From the IMG/VR virus record IMGVR_UViG_3300030055_000003: DNA of 64,000 nt; one strand, given 5' to 3'. The stretch comes from a virus. Lineage: Duplodnaviria; Caudoviricetes. The notes beneath the pieces were generated by a model. That model had not been told where the DNA came from. It saw only the letters and a program-made list of their open reading frames with translations, and made no database searches. Positions 59,470-64,000 of the stretch are shown in pieces (the first letter of the stretch is position 1; every line of letters starts with the position of its first letter). A program made the position numbers and the translations under genes.

Positions 59470-59574
59470 CTAGCCTCTACCAGAGCTAATTGCGTAACAA
59501 CTTATTTGACTAGCCATTGTAGCGATTGCTATTACTGCCATTAAAACAAATACTTTTACTTTTGATTTATTCAT
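59470..59574 (-). CDS. 34-aa secreted signalling-peptide precursor, AimP/Phr-like (absent from ORF track)
   Basis: SD AAGGAGGTGA; MNKSKVKVFVLMAVIAIATMASQISCYAISSGRG* with basic N-region, hydrophobic core and short polar tail. Confidence 0.75.
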   Translation of the reverse strand: MNKSKVKVFVLMAVIAIATMASQISCYAISSGRG

Positions 59575-59668
59575 TTGTACTTCACCTCCTTCATATGCAT
59601 CTTTTCAACACAAAATATATTTATGCTGAAGTATGCATATGAATAGAAGGATAACATTTAGTTATTTA

Positions 59669-60325
59669 TTAGCATGTACCATATTTTACTTTTATTTGTT
59701 GTTGCAATAACAATATTTTCTCACACAATATAATATTTATATTGTTTACCTCCTTTATTAATTCTTGAAAAGCCTCATCATATTGTGATGAATTGTTATG
59801 TATTAGCATGTCCTCTGCAACCACAAGGACATTACTAAAATTTTTTTCTAATAAACTTAAATTTAGTTTAGCAATAAGCTTTTCTAAATAACCTTCAACA
59901 TTATATGGATCACATCTTTTATAAGTTTCATAACAAAATTTATAAATTTTTATTAATTCTTCATTTGATAATTCTTTTTTATAGCAATGAACATAATTAT
60001 TTAAAGCTTTTGCATAGTCTTGTTTATGTCTTTGTGTGGTTAAATAATTAGGATAGTTCTCTAATTTTTCTTTAAGTTCTTTTGAATATAATCTAGCCGA
60101 GGTTATACTACCATTTAAATTTTGTTCAATACATTTTATTTCAGCATTTGTTAAATCACTTAATAATAATCTTATTTCATCTATATCTTTTAATGAATCT
60201 ATTTCTTGAAACCTCATTTTTTTTAGCATATTCCTAGCTTTTTCCACTCCATTTATCTCATTATCCCATTTATGATATACATCACTTTCTATCCTATCTG
60301 TTACGCTTCTTCTCTTATTTATCAT
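59669..60325 (-). CDS. Predicted all-helical (TPR-like) protein; candidate peptide receptor or antitoxin
   Basis: Amphipathic helices such as DYAKALNNYVHCY; lies between MazF and the peptide gene. Confidence 0.45.
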   Translation of the reverse strand: MINKRRSVTDRIESDVYHKWDNEINGVEKARNMLKKMRFQEIDSLKDIDEIRLLLSDLTNAEIKCIEQNLNGSITSARLYSKELKEKLENYPNYLTTQRHKQDYAKALNNYVHCYKKELSNEELIKIYKFCYETYKRCDPYNVEGYLEKLIAKLNLSLLEKNFSNVLVVAEDMLIHNNSSQYDEAFQELIKEVNNINIILCEKILLLQQQIKVKYGTC

Positions 60326-60350
60326 TTTCTCATCCCCATTCCACCATAAG

Positions 60351-61154
60351 TTATATTGCTATCACTTCTTTTTCTTTCTCACATTGCATATAAAATTCCC
60401 TGTAATTTAGATTATTATCTTCACAATATATTTGTAATTCATATAATAAATCACTTCTTTCTTTTCGCAGAAGGTCGATTAAACTTTCTGTTTTGGTTTC
60501 TATAATTAATTCTTCACAATTCTTAATAGCATTTAATCGTTTGTTTATTTTATTTTGCATATATCTAGGCAGTTTTTCAAGTGGAGTCTTTTCTTGTAAT
60601 TCATTCATTGAAATATCTTTTGCTATTTTAATTTTCTTTTTTGTTATATCATCAAGTACTCCAACTCTGCTTTTAATTCTTCTTTTATCTAAAGTTCTTA
60701 CTTGCTCTAGCATAACTATTGAATCTTTAGGTAATCCAAATTGACCTGCTGAAATCTCGACATGCGTTGGAAGTTTACTTTTAGTTTGTTGGCTTGTAAC
60801 AAATGCTACTATAACAGTAGGAGAATACTTATTTCCAATTTCGTTCTGTATACAAATAGCGAATCTGTCATTATTTTGTTCGCTCCATCGCCCCCCATCT
60901 AAATTGACATATAATACCTCACCCCATTCAATATCCTTTAAATCTATATTATTATTTATTTTATTATCAGCAATATTTCTATTGCTATGTACATTGTTAA
61001 CTTCTATTTTTACTTGTTTAATTTGTTTATTAATATCTAGGTCTTTAACTTCTATCTTTGCTTCAATTAACTTATTATCATTCTTTAATTCCTCTTTATC
61101 CATTTCCAACTTAATCATCATTAGTTGTTCTCTTAACTCTAACATTACAACCAC
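60351..61154 (-). CDS. mazF: PemK/MazF-family endoribonuclease with N- and C-terminal extensions
   Basis: WGEVLYVNL...SEQ...R...IQNEIGNKYSPTVIVA.VT...KLPTHVEI...DSIVMLEQVRTLDK.R; likely ATG at 61145. Confidence 0.9.
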   Translation of the reverse strand: MVVMLELREQLMMIKLEMDKEELKNDNKLIEAKIEVKDLDINKQIKQVKIEVNNVHSNRNIADNKINNNIDLKDIEWGEVLYVNLDGGRWSEQNNDRFAICIQNEIGNKYSPTVIVAFVTSQQTKSKLPTHVEISAGQFGLPKDSIVMLEQVRTLDKRRIKSRVGVLDDITKKKIKIAKDISMNELQEKTPLEKLPRYMQNKINKRLNAIKNCEELIIETKTESLIDLLRKERSDLLYELQIYCEDNNLNYREFYMQCEKEKEVIAI

Positions 61155-61226
61155 CTTCCTCTAATTATTAAATCCCTTTAAAATTACTTTTTTATTATAT
61201 TAATTTGTTCCTGTTTCTATACTCTT

Positions 61227-61434
61227 ATGTTACATCTTATTTCCAAACTTGTCAATACTTTTTTTAAAATATTTATTTATTTCTTTTAATTTATTGACTT
61301 GTTCCTTATGAATATTATCCTACCACCATGTGGTAACTCTGTCAATACTTTTTTAAATTTATTTTTGTTCTTTTATTAATTTGTTTGTATCTCTTCTATG
61401 ACCTAATAATATACCCTACGGAATATAATGTCAA
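61227..61434 (-). promoter_or_regulatory. Three tandem sigma-A promoters
   Basis: TTGACA at 61250, 61340 and 61429, each 17 nt from TAACAT, TAGGAT or TATTAT and preceded by AAAAGT(A/G). Confidence 0.75.
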
Positions 61435-61525
61435 CACTTTTATCAAAATAATTTGTAGTTCTGTTAATTTATTTTAAACACTCCTTAAACATAGCAAATA
61501 AGCCAAATAAATAAACAAAAAGAAA

Positions 61526-61548
61526 AGGTTGGATGCTTGCTCCAACCT
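61526..61548 (-). terminator. Intrinsic terminator after the MrpR-like gene
   Basis: AGGTTGGA-GCAAGCA-TCCAACCT followed by TTTCTTTTTG. Confidence 0.8.
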
Positions 61549-62656
61549 AGCTCTCTATCTTTTCTGAATCAATACTTACTTCTAATTCAGATGATAATTC
61601 AATTTCTATCTCTTTATTTTCAACTTTAGAAATATTTTTATTAGTTCTCTTTTTTGTTTTTATATCTAATCCTGATATTAATTGAAAATCTCTTCGGACT
61701 CTTGAGTTTTTATTTACTGTAAACGTATTGTCATATATTTCATTTACATCATCTATATCAATATTTGTAACCATATCATTTTGTTTATATTTTTCAAATA
61801 ATAAATCAAATCTTCTATTCATATTTAAATTAGGTACACTTATTCTATTAATTCCATTACTTTTTGAAAGATTTCCTAGTTTATTATATACATCTTCGGC
61901 ACTCATATGTTGCCAATCAACTCTTTCAGTTGTTTTAATAATAAATCCTATATCTAAATAATTAATGTCTTCCATTTCTGTTTCTTTTTTATTAACTCTT
62001 TTCAAACTTGCTTTTGATTGTTTTCTTGGTTTAGTAAAACAATTTTTAGCTGAATCTATAAATCTTATAAATGAATTATCAATCGGCAATTCCAACAAAC
62101 CTTTTTCTTCTGAATAAACATTTAAAATTTTCTTTTCTCTATCTACATCTTCCCATTTTATAGTTCCCACATTATCTATAGGAACTCCATATCTTAACAA
62201 TGTCAACATTGCCCTGTCTACATCTGTACAATCTAATCCATATATAAATTCATTAAATTCTTGAAGTGTCTTGTACTGTTGTTTCTTAGCTTCATCACTA
62301 ACATCAAATAAACCAGTTGTATCAATTGAATCACATGGATTCCCTACATAGTTATAACCTTTTTTATATGCCCAACCTATATAATTTGATATTGTAGTAA
62401 ATAACATACTTTTTGTTGTCATTGAAGTTGTTGCAGTAGTTTTTATTGCTTGAATTATCTCTTGTTTAGTCCAATTATACAATTCTTTCTCTTTGTTTAA
62501 TTCTAAGAAATTGACTCTAGTATTTAACAAAATCCAGTAAGTTCTTTTTGTAGTATCTGAATATCTATCTTCGACTTCTTCTAACCAATCAGCTTTTCTT
62601 TTTAGATATTCATTTAAACCATCATATTTTACATCTTCATCTAAGAATTCATACAT
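61547..62656 (-). CDS. MrpR/YopR-like phage repressor (catalytically degenerate tyrosine-recombinase fold)
   Basis: E....KELYNW...EI, LLRYGV, IKWEDVD; no intact HxxR; follows a YopQ-like gene. Confidence 0.65.
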   Translation of the reverse strand: MYEFLDEDVKYDGLNEYLKRKADWLEEVEDRYSDTTKRTYWILLNTRVNFLELNKEKELYNWTKQEIIQAIKTTATTSMTTKSMLFTTISNYIGWAYKKGYNYVGNPCDSIDTTGLFDVSDEAKKQQYKTLQEFNEFIYGLDCTDVDRAMLTLLRYGVPIDNVGTIKWEDVDREKKILNVYSEEKGLLELPIDNSFIRFIDSAKNCFTKPRKQSKASLKRVNKKETEMEDINYLDIGFIIKTTERVDWQHMSAEDVYNKLGNLSKSNGINRISVPNLNMNRRFDLLFEKYKQNDMVTNIDIDDVNEIYDNTFTVNKNSRVRRDFQLISGLDIKTKKRTNKNISKVENKEIEIELSSELEVSIDSEKIES

Positions 62657-62657
62657 T

Positions 62658-63998
62658 CTACATTACCTCCTTAGCTATCTTTTCAAAATATTCATATATG
62701 TGTTTTACATTACAATCTTTTATATCTAATTTAAATTTTTTATTTAAATCTTCATTAATTTTTATTAGCTTATCAGCCACATCTCCAGCTAATAATCTTG
62801 AATTTTCATTGTTTTTTAATACGTTCGCTATTGCAAGATAACCAACAAACATATTAGGTTTTAATAAAAAGTTATGTTCTTTCATTACTTCTATATCGTC
62901 ACCAAAGTATTGAGACGATAAATATTCAATTAACATATCTATAATATTAGATATTTTTCTTGCTTCTCTTTCAGATGTTACGTCATTATCTATTTTTTCA
63001 ATATCCATAAACTCTACACTATCATTAAGAACACTTAGATAAGTTAATGATTTTTTTACTTTACATTCGCTAATAATATTTGCAACCTTATTTTTTAATG
63101 TTTTTGAATTAGTAGTTACATATTGTATAAATCTATTTTCTGGTGTATCTTTTAAAGTTTTTGCATAGGTTTTATCTGTTGAATTTTGTTCAAAAGTATC
63201 GGAAGTATATTGTTTTGCTTCACTTGGACTCATTAAAAAGAAAAATACACCTAATCCTTCATCTTCAACTTCTGTGTCTTCAAAATAAGCGTCCGCTAAA
63301 GCAGTAGATCTATGATTTCCATCATTTATTATCATTGGAGTATAATTAATTGAATTACTATCAAAATTTGGAGTAACTTCTAGTCTTCCAAACTTCTTCT
63401 TATACTCAGGAATAAATTTAACTTGTGGTTCTTTATTAGGCATATCTAAAACAGTAAAAGTTATAGCTGTTGGTTTTATATTGTGTTTTTTAAATCTTTG
63501 AATTAAAGAATTAATTCCATCTTTATTTACATTGATTTTTTCAATCTCTTCACCATTTGGAAGTTTTACAATTTTTCTAGCTCTTTGAATCCCTTCAAAA
63601 TTTCCCAACTTATTATTTTCTTTTATTTGCGCAAGTTGTTTAGCTTTGATGAAAAACCAATAAGCATTATTTCCAACCTTTTGACAATCTTCAAATACAA
63701 TTGTTTTTAATTCTTCTTGCTTTTCAGCTTCTTGATATACCTCATAATTCGTTAATACTGTACCTGTAAAATAATCTGTTGGATTTATATTAACTCCTAA
63801 ATTCTTTTCATTAGCTTTTGCAAAATTAAAAATTGATTTTGATAAAGCTATTAATACATTTTCATTTTTTATTTCATGTACTGTTAGCCCTTTATTGAAT
63901 AGTAATGCTGGAATATCTAAATTTAATCCTTTAGCACTAAATTCTTTATTGATATCTTGTTGTAATCTCATATTCGCTATTTCATTTTGAATAACCAA
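62658..63998 (-). CDS. DndB/ParB-like (DGQHR-type) protein, YopQ-like (start may lie outside window)
   Basis: IINDGNHRSTAL; AITF; context upstream of the MrpR-like gene. Confidence 0.6.
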   Translation of the reverse strand: MVIQNEIANMRLQQDINKEFSAKGLNLDIPALLFNKGLTVHEIKNENVLIALSKSIFNFAKANEKNLGVNINPTDYFTGTVLTNYEVYQEAEKQEELKTIVFEDCQKVGNNAYWFFIKAKQLAQIKENNKLGNFEGIQRARKIVKLPNGEEIEKINVNKDGINSLIQRFKKHNIKPTAITFTVLDMPNKEPQVKFIPEYKKKFGRLEVTPNFDSNSINYTPMIINDGNHRSTALADAYFEDTEVEDEGLGVFFFLMSPSEAKQYTSDTFEQNSTDKTYAKTLKDTPENRFIQYVTTNSKTLKNKVANIISECKVKKSLTYLSVLNDSVEFMDIEKIDNDVTSEREARKISNIIDMLIEYLSSQYFGDDIEVMKEHNFLLKPNMFVGYLAIANVLKNNENSRLLAGDVADKLIKINEDLNKKFKLDIKDCNVKHIYEYFEKIAKEVM

Positions 63999-64000
63999 TG

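Larger units (their letters stand above)
23217..61194. repeat. Dispersed palindromic motif B, TAAAA-N6-TTTTA, at gene junctions
   Basis: Perfect copies starting at 23217, 27485, 29073, 30418, 32610, 35114, 44274, 49586, 52548 and 61179; one-mismatch copies at 7895, 22709, 27054, 30951, 34293, 37948, 45931 and 55363. Confidence 0.6.

Noticed and set aside
59470-59574. AgrD-type cyclic peptide, because of the Cys
   Set aside because: No acidic or Pro-rich C-terminal tail after the Cys ring and no agrB nearby; the layout fits a linear Sec-exported peptide.
1031-60744. All plus-strand ORFs in the track (for example 10007-10309, 51307-51789, 52692-53009)
   Set aside because: They lie antisense to longer minus-strand genes, lack SDs and have Ser/Phe/Leu/Ile-rich shadow composition.
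61547-62656. Active prophage integrase marking an att site
   Set aside because: The catalytic HxxR and Tyr are not recognisable, there is no host-DNA junction in the window, and the context matches a repressor.

Overview
This window is very AT-rich (roughly 25% GC by eye), and every credible gene lies on the minus strand. It reads as the early/replication arm of a large SPbeta-like temperate phage or prophage of a Clostridium-like Firmicute. In transcription order (right to left) it holds: (1) a lysogeny-control region with a DndB/ParB-like gene and an MrpR-like dead tyrosine recombinase; (2) three tandem sigma-A promoters driving a MazF homolog, a 218-aa helical protein and an unannotated 34-aa secreted peptide ending ISSGRG, closed by a terminator; (3) about 45 kb of small accessory genes, including two Dam-like methyltransferases, an EVE-like/nuclease fusion, a second MrpR-like protein with a dead HNH domain, two Vsr-like endonucleases, a mini-kinase, terminase-derived fragments, a Tad2-like protein and TnpB; (4) the replication block of SSB-like, AAA ATPase, DnaB, primase and RecJ, then a LAGLIDADG ORF cut by the window edge. 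Intergenic DNA carries two recurrent motifs, AA(T/C)AAATTAATAGAA (17 exact copies, one orientation) and TAAAA-N6-TTTTA, plus two related long-stem RNA candidates. The best candidate for an undescribed system is the MazF / putative receptor / peptide operon. No tRNA, rRNA or CRISPR array was seen. All family calls are from motif recognition, not database searches.
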